Shown: one piece after another, positions 1-9,163 of the stretch
Numbering within the stretch: the first letter of the stretch is position 1
How the letters are laid out: each line of letters begins with the position of its first letter
NCBI GenBank assembly: GCA_040389905.1
Contig: JAZJZK010000054.1
Location: 1-26,923 of the forward strand
Direction of reading: 5' to 3'
Source: Gemmatimonadota bacterium
GTDB lineage: Bacteria > Gemmatimonadota > Gemmatimonadetes > Gemmatimonadales > Gemmatimonadaceae
DNA length: 26,923 nucleotides
Position numbers and translations under genes: made by a program
Notes under the pieces: generated by a model
The model's database searches: none
What the model was told of the DNA's origin: nothing
What the model saw: only the letters and a program-made list of their open reading frames with translations

Positions 1-63
1 CTTCCGGAGCTCTGAAAAGGGGCTGAAGTACCCACTCGATCGGGAGAAGACCCAATGATGAAA

Positions 64-798
64 TCACATCGTCCTTTCGAGCGTACCGAATACCGTGTGA
101 TCGACGTGCTCGCACAACTCACGAAGTAGCGCGACCACCTCGCGTCCTCGCCCCGGATTGCCCGCGCGGAAGGCCAGCGCAAACTCCACCCGCAAGAACA
201 TATCGAGCTTCGGATCCGGCCCGACGATCTTGACTGGCACGGATGCGACAACGGCACCGTCGGCGAACGGCCCCGCCACAATGGATAGCTCACCAAGCGA
301 CACCTTGCGTTCGGTATTCACCCCCATCGTTCCGTCTTCCCGAATGCCACCGTCGGCGAGACGAATGGCGTCGGGAACTGCCAGTTGCTGAAGGATCCAC
401 AGCGGCCCGTTCCTGAACCCGCCTATGGCGTGATAGGGCTGTAGCGCCTCGAGGTCCGCCTGCGCTTCGTCGGACATTGACGCAATGGCTTTACGCGACC
501 GCTGCGCGAACAGCGGCAGCGATTCGTAGATCGGAAAGCGCGTGAAAGTGCCGGCGAGGTGCGTCGTGATTTCGTTCAACGAGTCGTTGAGTGCTCGCAC
601 GATGTCGGAGATGAGCACCGCGATCTCTTCTGGCAGCGTCTGCACCACTTGCACCCGGACGACATAGCGTCCGCCGCGCATGTCGTGTTCGTGAACCAGG
701 CGGTAAGGATTCCTTGCGAGGAATTCGTGTTCCGCTGCGGCCATGTCGTCCAGGAGTCGGCGCGCGCGCTCCAGCGAAGCGCGGTGAGGAAGAACCAC
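64..798 (-). CDS. Hypothetical protein (244 aa)
   Basis: Long ORF starting 2 nt after the stop of the upstream esterase ORF on the same strand, so likely co-transcribed. No confidently recognised motif. Confidence 0.7.
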   Translation of the reverse strand: MVLPHRASLERARRLLDDMAAAEHEFLARNPYRLVHEHDMRGGRYVVRVQVVQTLPEEIAVLISDIVRALNDSLNEITTHLAGTFTRFPIYESLPLFAQRSRKAIASMSDEAQADLEALQPYHAIGGFRNGPLWILQQLAVPDAIRLADGGIREDGTMGVNTERKVSLGELSIVAGPFADGAVVASVPVKIVGPDPKLDMFLRVEFALAFRAGNPGRGREVVALLRELCEHVDHTVFGTLERTM

Positions 799-800
799 CG

Positions 801-1538
801 CTACCGAGAATGGAGGTGTGCGGCCAACTCCAGCTTCAATGCAGTGATCCCGTCGACCGCAATCCGCGCCATCAACTCGGCGCCCAGTGGACGAAAGTGC
901 GTGTTGTCTTTCACGCCCTCGGGGTAGTTGGGATTCTCGCCTGGCGCGAGCTGAAGAAAGAGCTTTGCCGATGAATCGGCACCGAAGCTCTGCAGGACAG
1001 CAGCGCTTCCGCGTTCCATGTCGATCAGCGGCACCTTCCGTTCTGTGGCGACGGCGCGCGTGAGTTCCGGATACTCACCATGCGTGTTCTCGAGCCGGCC
1101 ATTGGCGTCGAATCGCCGACGGACCACGGGTGTCATGAGCACGGGAAGCCCACCGCGCGCCTGAACCTCGTCGATCATTTGTGAAAGATTCTTCTTGAAC
1201 ACATCCGGCGGGCTGTAGCTGGCCTTGCCGGGTTCGTCGTTATGGCCGAACTGAATGAAAACATAGTCGCCAGCCTGGATGGAGTCGGTGATCGCGCGCC
1301 AGTGTCCTTCGGAGACGAAGGACTTCGTGCTGCGCCCATTGAGCGCACGATTGGCGACGCGCACTTCGGCAGGCCGAAAGTACTGGCCGAGCATTTCTCC
1401 CCACCCGGTTTCCGGCCGCTTGGAAGCGAGCTTCTCCGCGGCGGTGGAATCACCGGCGATCCAGACGGTGATGGGCCGAGGTGCGGTCGAGAGCGAGGCG
1501 GCAGCGAGGAGCGAGAGAAAGACGGTGCGCGAAGTCAT
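801..1538 (-). CDS. Secreted SGNH/GDSL acetylesterase, rhamnogalacturonan-acetylesterase-like (CE12-type)
   Basis: Signal peptide MTSRTVFLSLLAAASLS. SGNH blocks are GDST (block I), NGRS (II), QFGHND (III) and DNTH (V). Confidence 0.88.
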   Translation of the reverse strand: MTSRTVFLSLLAAASLSTAPRPITVWIAGDSTAAEKLASKRPETGWGEMLGQYFRPAEVRVANRALNGRSTKSFVSEGHWRAITDSIQAGDYVFIQFGHNDEPGKASYSPPDVFKKNLSQMIDEVQARGGLPVLMTPVVRRRFDANGRLENTHGEYPELTRAVATERKVPLIDMERGSAAVLQSFGADSSAKLFLQLAPGENPNYPEGVKDNTHFRPLGAELMARIAVDGITALKLELAAHLHSR

Positions 1539-1653
1539 AAGAAATGTGGAGGAATCTCTTGACTGGTCCTATCAGGCGGATATTGTTCCATTGTCGAACA
1601 AAAAGCCCATTCGTGCGTCCATGCGCCGGACATGGGCTGTGTAAGTGAGCGAG

Positions 1654-1740
1654 GAGCGGATTTGACGGATTCAACGGATTCAACGGATAAGCATTGTTTC
1701 TCTATCCGGCTTTTATCCGTTGCATCCGTACAATCTGCTC
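1654..1740. repeat. Palindromic intergenic repeat built from ACGGAT units
   Basis: gagcggatttgacggattcaacggattcaacggataa (1654-1690) is an imperfect inverted repeat of ttatccgttgcatccgtacaatctgctc (1713-1740). It has an internal 9-nt periodicity. Confidence 0.75.
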
Positions 1741-1821
1741 CTTGGCCCGTTGCAGTTCCGCGTTCGCACCATTGGGATGTGAAAGTGGCCTACATGTGAC
1801 CCACTTGTCGAGGCGCGGGTC

Positions 1822-1859
1822 ATTGATGCTATTGACATTATCAATCGCGTCAGCAGATT
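1822..1859 (+). promoter_or_regulatory. Putative sigma70 promoter and operator upstream of the PUL regulator
   Basis: Perfect TTGACA at 1832-1837 and a weak -10 (CAGATT, 1854-1859). The inverted repeat ATTGAT(1822-27)-N12-ATCAAT(1840-45) brackets the -35. Confidence 0.45.
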
Positions 1860-1883
1860 GTCCCAACTTCGAACAATCGATCC

Positions 1884-2999
1884 GTGCGACTCGACACCAA
1901 CGCCCCAGTACCACTCTACCAGCAAGTCGCCGCCGATATCCGGCGAAAGATCGTCGCAGGCGAGATGCCCGTTGGCTCACGGATCCCACCGCACCGCGAC
2001 CTCGCCGTCTCATACGGCGTTTCCATCATCACCATCAACAAGGCGCTCTCTGGCCTCGTCAGTGAAGGGGTCCTCTACAGCCACGTTGGCCGAGGCACCT
2101 ACGTCATGGTCCGCCCGGCCTCGACCTCCGGCATCGCCAACCCACAGACGATCGGCTTCGTCCTCCGGGACCTCAGCAGCCCCTACTTCTCCCTCATCGC
2201 CCACTGCGCACAGCAACGCGCCGATGCCCTCGGCGTCGGAATCCTCTTCGCCTCCAGCTCCAACCGCCTCGACCGCGAAGAAGAACAAATCCGGCGCCTC
2301 CTCTCGCTCGGCGTCCACGGCATGATTGTCGTGTCGATGAGCCGCACCTTCCGTATCAGCGAGTCCGTCCAGGCGCTGCACGAGTCGGGCTTTCCGTACG
2401 TGATGGTGTCGTACACGGCTGGCGACGACATCCCCTACGTCGGCGGTGATCTCGACCTCGCGGGGCGCCTCGCCGCACGACATCTCCTCTCGCTCGGACA
2501 CACCCGCTTCGGCTACCTGATCGACAAGAAGGGCAGCCTCAACGGCGAGCTGCGCATGGGTGGGTATCGCGAGGAAATCGAGCGGGCCGGCCATGTCATC
2601 GATCCGGCGAACGTCTTCGAGTTCGCATTCGAAGGCGAATGGAACGACTACAAGTCCGGCTACGCCGTCGGCGAGCAGATGAAGACGCTCGCCAATCGCC
2701 CCGACGCGATGTTCTGCTTCAATGATCTCGGCGCGCTGGGACTCGAAGACGGGTTGCTCGATGTCGGGCTTCGCGTACCAGACGACGTCGCCCTCGTCGG
2801 ACTCGATGACATCGAGCTCGCGGCGCGCGCACGTGTGCCGCTTACCACGCTGCATCAGCCCGTCGACCAGATCGGCGCACGCGCCGTCGATACCGTCCTC
2901 GCTCGCCTGCGTGGCGAGCACCCTCCAACCCGTCAGCTGTTCGCGCCTGAGCTGATTGTTCGCTCGTCGACGGCGGCCCTCGTGCCGACCGCATCATGA
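1884..2999 (+). CDS. GntR-HTH / LacI-type sugar-binding-domain transcriptional regulator (AraR-like architecture)
   Basis: N-terminal GntR wHTH (PLYQQV...GSRIPPHRDLA..YGVSIITINKAL..L..EG...GRGTYV). C-terminal LacI-family sensor (PDAMFCFND, RVPDDVALVGLDD, PLTTLHQP, PELIVRSS). GTG start. Confidence 0.9.
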   Translation: MRLDTNAPVPLYQQVAADIRRKIVAGEMPVGSRIPPHRDLAVSYGVSIITINKALSGLVSEGVLYSHVGRGTYVMVRPASTSGIANPQTIGFVLRDLSSPYFSLIAHCAQQRADALGVGILFASSSNRLDREEEQIRRLLSLGVHGMIVVSMSRTFRISESVQALHESGFPYVMVSYTAGDDIPYVGGDLDLAGRLAARHLLSLGHTRFGYLIDKKGSLNGELRMGGYREEIERAGHVIDPANVFEFAFEGEWNDYKSGYAVGEQMKTLANRPDAMFCFNDLGALGLEDGLLDVGLRVPDDVALVGLDDIELAARARVPLTTLHQPVDQIGARAVDTVLARLRGEHPPTRQLFAPELIVRSSTAALVPTAS

Positions 3000-3043
3000 C
3001 GCAGGTCCCTCACACCAACCTCCTTTATATGGAGAGCACAACG

Positions 3044-6000
3044 ATGCAGTGGGCGAAACGCCTCGTACTCCTTGGCGCGCTGATCTTCGCGCCGAGCGTA
3101 GTCATTGCCCAGACGGGCAGAATTACTGGAACCGTGACCGATAGCACGACCGGTCAAGCGGTTCCGAGCGCGACAATCACCGTGGTCGGCACCAAGCTTG
3201 GTGCCGCCACCTCCTCGGATGGTCGCTACTCGATCTCCGGTGTCCCCGTCGGCAGCGCGCAAGTCCGCGTCCAACGACTCGGCTTCGCGGCGCGCACCCA
3301 GACGGTGACCATCGTTGGCGGTGCATCACAGATCGTGAACTTCGCGCTCCAGGTGCAGGCCGCACAACTCAGCGCCGTGGTCAGCGTGGGTTACGGCACG
3401 CAGAACAAGCGCGATGTCACCGGCTCGGTCGCCGCGGTGACGACGGACGCCCTCGAGAACACGCCGATCGTGTCACTCGACCAGATCCTCCAGGGCACAT
3501 CACCGGGCGTGGATGTTACCACCGCTTCTGCCGAACCCGGTGGTGCCCTTTCGGTCCGCATCCGCGGTACGTCGTCGATCACCGGAAACGCCGAACCGCT
3601 CTACGTCATCGACGGATTTCCGATCGAGAACGACATCGAAGGCGCTTCGGTCGGCAACGGTGGACGCTCGAAGACCACGCCGGCCAACCCGCTGGCCGCG
3701 ATCAATCCGAGTGACATCGAGTCGATCACGATTCTCAAGGACGCGTCGTCCACCGCTATCTATGGCGCGCGCGGCGCGAACGGCGTCGTCATCATCACCA
3801 CGAAGCAGGGACGTGGCACGAAGCCGCAATTCAGCGTCGACTACTCGTCCGGCGTGTCGAGCCTGTCCAAGAAGTACGAGATGCTGAACGCTGAGCAGTA
3901 CATGAATTACGCGAATACTTTCGCACAGGGGTCGAGCACGCCGTACACGCCGTTTCCCGACACGACAAAGGCTCGGATCCTCGGCAGCGGCATCAATACC
4001 GACTGGCAGGACGCAATCTTTCGCACGGGTGATGTGCGCAACCTCCAGCTGACCATGCGCGGCGCGACGACCGCGGCCTCGCCGACGCGGTATTCGCTCT
4101 CCGGTGGATACTTCAACCAGAGCGGCATCGTGCTCGGCTCCGGTTTGAAGCGCCTCTCTGGGCGCGTGAACCTGAATCAATCGATGGGATCGCGCGTGGA
4201 GATCGCCGGTTCATTGACGGCGAGTCAGGCGCGCAGCAAGTCGACGCCAACCGCCGGCCAGCAGAACGCAAACTCGGGCGCGGTGAGCGCGGCCATCCAG
4301 TACGTCCCCATTCTTCCGATCAAGCGCGCGGACGGCACGTACTCCTACATCAACACCGACCTCAATTTCTACAACGCGCTCCTCGATGCACCGCAGACTC
4401 CGAACCCGGTGTCGCTCGCACAGGAAGTGCTGGATTCATTGAGTGACACGCGGCTGTTGAGCAATGTGTTCGGGCAGGTCGAGATCCTCGACAATCTCCG
4501 TTTCAAGGTGAGCGTCGGCGCCGACTACGCGAACCGCGGCCGCAACACGTATTACCCGCGCACGACGATCCGGGGAGCCGCAGCGAATGGCGATGCGATC
4601 CGTGCCGGCGGCGTGACGTCGTCATGGCTCAACGAGAACACACTGACCTACGATCGCAAGCTCGGCACGTCGCAGGATCTCTCGCTGCTCGGTGGCTACA
4701 CGCGTCAGCGCACGGACGCGGAAGGCAATACGGTCGCCAACTCGAATTTCGTGAGCGACATCACGGGCTACAACAACATCGGCGCGGGAACGCAGGCCGG
4801 TGGCGCGAACGTCTCGTCGCGCCGTTCAACGCAGACACTGGAATCGTACCTTGCGCGCCTGAACTACTCGCTGAAGGACAGGTACCTGTTCACGGCCACC
4901 GTTCGTCGCGACGGCTCGTCGCGTTTTGCCGAGAATCGCAAATGGGGCAACTTCCCCTCGGCGGCATTCGCGTGGCGTGCGTCGTCGGAGTCGTTCCTCG
5001 CGAACAAGTCCTTCCTCGACGAACTCAAGTTCCGCGTTACGTACGGCATCGTCGGTAACCCATCGATCCGCCCGTATCAGTCGCTCGCACGATTGAACAA
5101 CGTCCCGTACAGTTTCAACGCAACGGGTTTGGCGGGCTACTACCCGGTGTCGGTCGCCAACCCGGACCTCACGTGGGAGTCGACCGCGCAGACGGACTTC
5201 GGGGTCGACTTCGCGTTCCTCGACCGCTTCACCTTCGTCGCGGACTACTACAAGAAGAAGACGACCGATCTGCTCCTCCAGATCAGCCTCCCCTTCGAGA
5301 CCGGTTTCCAGAGTGCGCTCGCCAATCGCGGCTCCGTCGAGAACGTCGGCTACGAACTCGGCCTCGATGCAAAGATCATCGCGCCGAAGAACAAGCAGGC
5401 ATTCGCATGGCGTGCGAACATCAACTTCGCACGCAACACGAACACGGTACTCGACCTCGGCGGCCCTGATCGCCTGTTCGCTGATCTGTTGACCAGCGAC
5501 TATAACCTGCCGGGCACGCTCATTCAGGTTGGAAAGCCCGTCGGCACGTTCTTTGGCTTCATCAGCACCGGCGTCATTCGCGACTCCGCGGCGGCGGCAA
5601 AGATCAAGACGAGAAACTTCAGCGGCTCGACCTTCAAGCCAGGCGACATGGGCGTCGTCGACATCGACGGCAATGATTCCATCACCGTCGCGGACCGAAC
5701 CGACATTGGCAATCCGGTTCCCAAGTTCACGATGGGTCTCACGAACGTCTTCAGCTTCCGCGGCATCGAGCTAAGCGGTTTGCTCCAGGGCGTCTACGGC
5801 AACAAGATCCTCAACATCAACCGAATCCGCACGGAAAGCTCGCCGCGCGTCAACGTCTCCGTCGAGCGCTACCTCAACGCATGGTCACCGACGAATCTCG
5901 ACGGAACGTTCCCGAAGATCGGCGAGAATCCCAATCAGGTCGGCACGAACAACTTCACATCCAACCTGCTCGAAGACGGTTCGTATGTCCGGCTTCGTTC

Positions 6001-6223
6001 GGTGTCGCTGTCGTTCGTCATTCCCGAGCGATTCACCGCGCGTTCGCGTCTGTCGGGCGCTCGTTTTTATGCGACGGGAACGAACCTGTTCACGGCGACG
6101 CACTACACCGGGTACGACCCCGATGTCAGTAGTCAGTCCGTTGGCACGACCAACCGTGGGATCGACATCGGCGCGTATCCGCTGGCACGCGGCGTGACGA
6201 TTGGACTCAACCTCAACTACTGA
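3044..6223 (+). CDS. susC: SusC/RagA-family TonB-dependent outer-membrane transporter
   Basis: Signal peptide from ATG 3044 with RBS GGAGAG at 3031-36. Carboxypeptidase-regulatory-like N-domain, plug motifs EPLYVIDG and DIESITILKDASSTAIYGARGANGVVIITTK, RRDGSSRF, NPDLTWE and a C-terminal aromatic (LNY). The ORF is also open upstream to 2996. Confidence 0.95.
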   Translation: MQWAKRLVLLGALIFAPSVVIAQTGRITGTVTDSTTGQAVPSATITVVGTKLGAATSSDGRYSISGVPVGSAQVRVQRLGFAARTQTVTIVGGASQIVNFALQVQAAQLSAVVSVGYGTQNKRDVTGSVAAVTTDALENTPIVSLDQILQGTSPGVDVTTASAEPGGALSVRIRGTSSITGNAEPLYVIDGFPIENDIEGASVGNGGRSKTTPANPLAAINPSDIESITILKDASSTAIYGARGANGVVIITTKQGRGTKPQFSVDYSSGVSSLSKKYEMLNAEQYMNYANTFAQGSSTPYTPFPDTTKARILGSGINTDWQDAIFRTGDVRNLQLTMRGATTAASPTRYSLSGGYFNQSGIVLGSGLKRLSGRVNLNQSMGSRVEIAGSLTASQARSKSTPTAGQQNANSGAVSAAIQYVPILPIKRADGTYSYINTDLNFYNALLDAPQTPNPVSLAQEVLDSLSDTRLLSNVFGQVEILDNLRFKVSVGADYANRGRNTYYPRTTIRGAAANGDAIRAGGVTSSWLNENTLTYDRKLGTSQDLSLLGGYTRQRTDAEGNTVANSNFVSDITGYNNIGAGTQAGGANVSSRRSTQTLESYLARLNYSLKDRYLFTATVRRDGSSRFAENRKWGNFPSAAFAWRASSESFLANKSFLDELKFRVTYGIVGNPSIRPYQSLARLNNVPYSFNATGLAGYYPVSVANPDLTWESTAQTDFGVDFAFLDRFTFVADYYKKKTTDLLLQISLPFETGFQSALANRGSVENVGYELGLDAKIIAPKNKQAFAWRANINFARNTNTVLDLGGPDRLFADLLTSDYNLPGTLIQVGKPVGTFFGFISTGVIRDSAAAAKIKTRNFSGSTFKPGDMGVVDIDGNDSITVADRTDIGNPVPKFTMGLTNVFSFRGIELSGLLQGVYGNKILNINRIRTESSPRVNVSVERYLNAWSPTNLDGTFPKIGENPNQVGTNNFTSNLLEDGSYVRLRSVSLSFVIPERFTARSRLSGARFYATGTNLFTATHYTGYDPDVSSQSVGTTNRGIDIGAYPLARGVTIGLNLNY

Positions 6224-6233
6224 GCGCACGCAC

Positions 6234-7826
6234 ATGAAGAGACTTCTTCGGAATCTCGCGCTCGCAACGGCCGTGATGTCCGCGCCGGCGTGCTCGAAGG
6301 ACTTCCTGACGGAGGTGCCGCAGGATTTCGTGGCACCTGAGAATTTCTACAAGAATGCAGAGGACGCGACGGCCGCGGTCAACGCGGTGTACGCGAGCTT
6401 CATCAACCTTCAGTCGCCGCTCTCGAGAGACCAGTATCTCGGGCGCAACTACTGGATGATCGCGGAGTATGCCACGGAAGTCGCGACGAGCCGCCTGAGT
6501 GCGACGAACGAGCGCAGCCTCGTCGACAACTACCACACGCAGTTCAACTCCGCGCATCCGTACATCCAGGGCATCTACGAAGCGGCCTACTCCGGTATCA
6601 ATCGCGCGAACTCGGCGATTGCTCGTGTGCCAACGGTGACGATGAACGAGACGCGCAAGGCGCAGCTCGTCGCTGAAGCCAAGTTCCTGCGTGCGCAACA
6701 CTACTACTATCTCGTCGGGCTGTTCGGCGGGGTTCCGCTCAAGGTCGAGGAGACGGCGTCGATCGTGTCGGATGGTCAACCGCGCGCGACGGCCGCAGAA
6801 GTGTACGCGCAGATCTACAAGGACTGCACGGACGCGGCGGCGGTGTTGCCGGCAGCGTGGACGGGCGCCGATTACGGTCGCGCGACGAAGGGCGCTGCAC
6901 TGACGCTCCTCGGCAAAGCGGCACTCCAGAATGCAGGTGCCAACGCAATCGTTGCGGACTACCAGCGCGGACTCGACGCATTCAAGACCGTCATGGGGCT
7001 CGGCTACATCCTCGACGCGAACTATGGCAGCCTGTTCGACGGCAGCAACGAGACGAGCAAGGAAATCATCTTCGCGTTCCAGAACGTGCGGATCGACAAC
7101 GCCGGCGGCACGATGACGCAGTGGTTCACGCCGGTCGTGAGTCCGGCGATCTACCTGAGCCAGCAGAATCAATTTCAGGCGGAGCGCGCGTTCTACGATT
7201 CGTACAATGCGAACGACAAGCGCAAGGCGGGTACGTGGATGACGACGTTCACGAACGCGGGCAAGGTCATCACCTGGGCGTGGACGTCCGGCATTCAGGC
7301 GTCAACGCAGTATGGGTCAACCGGTCCGACGCCCCGCAAATACGTGGACTGGGGCGCCTCGAGCTCGGGTGGTGAGGCGCCGGACGTCGTCATTACACGC
7401 TACGCCGATGTCCTGCTGTCCGCCGCGGAAGCGGTGAATGAGATCTCGGGTCCGACCGCCGAAGCCTATGGCTACGTGAACCAGGTACGTACGCGCGCCG
7501 GCGTGCCAGCGCTCACGGCGGGTCTCGCCAAGGCCGCGTTCAAGGACAGTGTGTTCCTCGAGCGTCGGTACGAGCTGGCGATGGAGATGCATGGCCTGTT
7601 CGACAATCGCCGCAACTGGGCGTGGTCGGCGGCGCGTCTCGCGACTTCGATGACGAGCATCTCGACGAAGAACGCAAGCCCGTTCACGAGCAGCACGACC
7701 AAGTTCAATGCGGCGCCCATTCCGGACAAATGGAAGCTCTATCCCATTCCCCTTCGGGCGTGTGAGCTGAACAAGGCGCTGAAGCAGAATCCCGGCTGGG
7801 AAGACGGGGTTTGCGCCAACCCATGA
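6234..7826 (+). CDS. susD: SusD/RagB-family glycan-binding lipoprotein
   Basis: Lipoprotein signal ending SAPA-C. Motifs YSGINRAN, EAKFLRAQHYYYLV..FGGVP, GRATKGAA, RYADVLL..AEA, ERRYEL..E, YPIP and QNPGW. Directly follows SusC. Confidence 0.95.
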   Translation: MKRLLRNLALATAVMSAPACSKDFLTEVPQDFVAPENFYKNAEDATAAVNAVYASFINLQSPLSRDQYLGRNYWMIAEYATEVATSRLSATNERSLVDNYHTQFNSAHPYIQGIYEAAYSGINRANSAIARVPTVTMNETRKAQLVAEAKFLRAQHYYYLVGLFGGVPLKVEETASIVSDGQPRATAAEVYAQIYKDCTDAAAVLPAAWTGADYGRATKGAALTLLGKAALQNAGANAIVADYQRGLDAFKTVMGLGYILDANYGSLFDGSNETSKEIIFAFQNVRIDNAGGTMTQWFTPVVSPAIYLSQQNQFQAERAFYDSYNANDKRKAGTWMTTFTNAGKVITWAWTSGIQASTQYGSTGPTPRKYVDWGASSSGGEAPDVVITRYADVLLSAAEAVNEISGPTAEAYGYVNQVRTRAGVPALTAGLAKAAFKDSVFLERRYELAMEMHGLFDNRRNWAWSAARLATSMTSISTKNASPFTSSTTKFNAAPIPDKWKLYPIPLRACELNKALKQNPGWEDGVCANP

Positions 7827-9163
7827 CGTCTCTTCAAACAGCAGGTGCGGGCCCTTCGTTTCACTCAGGGCGACAAAACAACCATGGTCGTTCCACTCGT
7901 CTTGTCGGCCTGCACCTGCTGTTGCGCAGTTCCACTCGTTTTGTCGCCCTGAGCGGAGCGAAGGGCCCGCACGTGTTGTTGTCCATACTCTGTGTTGCGA
8001 TGTTGCAGACGGTTGGCGCACAATCGCCGCCCACGATCGTGTGGCGCGGCGAGCTGCTGGCGCGATCCAAGGCCCTGGTCGCGTCGAATGATCCGTCCTC
8101 GCGCGCTGCATTCGCAAAGCTCCAGCGTGATGCGAAGCAGCAACTCGACGCACCAATCGTCGCCGTCACCGATAAGAAGTCGCTGCTGCCGCCGAGTGGC
8201 GACAAGCACGACTATTTCTCACTGAGTCCGTATTGGTGGCCCGACCCCGCCAAGGCCGACGGGCTCCCGTACATCCGTCGCGACGGCGAGACCAATCCGG
8301 AAAGCAAGAAAGATCTCGACCGGCCACGCCTCGGCGCGATGGTCGACAACGTGGGCACGCTCGCCTTCGCGTACTATTTCACCGGCGACGAGCGGTACGC
8401 GATCCGCGCAGGAAAGCAGCTGCGTGCCTGGTTTCTCGATGCCGACACACGAATGACGCCGCACCTGCACTACGGGCAGCTCGTGCGTGGGAACCCGAAG
8501 GAGCGCGGTAGCGCCATCATCGATACGCACAACTTCATCGACGTCGTGGATGCGGCGCAGCTTCTGTTGGGATCGAACGGGTGGACCACAACAGATCACG
8601 AAGCGCTGCGCGCGTGGATGAAGCAATACAACACGTGGCTCCTGGAATCGGACAACGGAAAGGACGAGTGGGACGCGCCCAACAATCACGGTTCGTGGTA
8701 CGCCGCGCAGACGGCAACCCTCGCCCTCTTCAGTGGCGATACCTCACGCGTCCGATCCATCGTCAGTGATGCGAAGGCGCGCATCGGAGCGCAGATCAAG
8801 CCCGATGGGCAGCAGCCGGTGGAACTCGAGCGCACGCGTTCGATGCATTACAGTGGCTTCAACGCCGATGCGCTCTCGCGGCTCGCTGAAGTGGGGCGTT
8901 GGGTGAACGTCGACCTCTGGCACTACGAGGCGCCGGAAGGCGGTAGCATCAAGAAAGCGGTCGATCATCTCGCGAACTACGTCGCGCGGCCGAAGGAGTG
9001 GCCGGGCAAGCAGATTGACGCGGTCGAGCCGGATTTCATCGTCGAAGTGATGCGACGCACGGAGGCGGCGCTCGGAAAGTCGCTCTACGCTGCCACGTAC
9101 CCAAAGCTCGATTCGAAGCTGGTGAACGAATCGCGCGGTGTGCTCTTGTATCCCGTAAAATGA
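7823..9163 (+). CDS. Polysaccharide lyase, Alginate_lyase (PF05426) fold, PL38-like; secreted
   Basis: Motifs PPSGDKHDYFSLSPYWWP, YIRRDG..NP, NNHGSWY and ELERTRSMHYS.FN. ATG 7823 overlaps the SusD stop (ATGA). An alternative GTG start lies at 7973, just before the hydrophobic signal core. Confidence 0.88.
   Translation: MTSLQTAGAGPSFHSGRQNNHGRSTRLVGLHLLLRSSTRFVALSGAKGPHVLLSILCVAMLQTVGAQSPPTIVWRGELLARSKALVASNDPSSRAAFAKLQRDAKQQLDAPIVAVTDKKSLLPPSGDKHDYFSLSPYWWPDPAKADGLPYIRRDGETNPESKKDLDRPRLGAMVDNVGTLAFAYYFTGDERYAIRAGKQLRAWFLDADTRMTPHLHYGQLVRGNPKERGSAIIDTHNFIDVVDAAQLLLGSNGWTTTDHEALRAWMKQYNTWLLESDNGKDEWDAPNNHGSWYAAQTATLALFSGDTSRVRSIVSDAKARIGAQIKPDGQQPVELERTRSMHYSGFNADALSRLAEVGRWVNVDLWHYEAPEGGSIKKAVDHLANYVARPKEWPGKQIDAVEPDFIVEVMRRTEAALGKSLYAATYPKLDSKLVNESRGVLLYPVK
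7845..7972. repeat. REP-like palindromic element within the 5' end of the lyase ORF
   Basis: gtgcgggcccttcg-tttca-ctcagggcgacaaaac (7845-7879) is inverted as gttttgtcgccctgag-cggag-cgaagggcccgcac (7938-7972). An internal direct repeat gttccactcgtYttgtcg occurs at 7890 and 7929. Confidence 0.8.

Noticed and set aside
1654..1740. Tandem ACGGATTCA units as a possible CRISPR array
   Set aside because: The units are 9 nt with no unique spacers, and no cas genes are present. It is a palindromic repeat.
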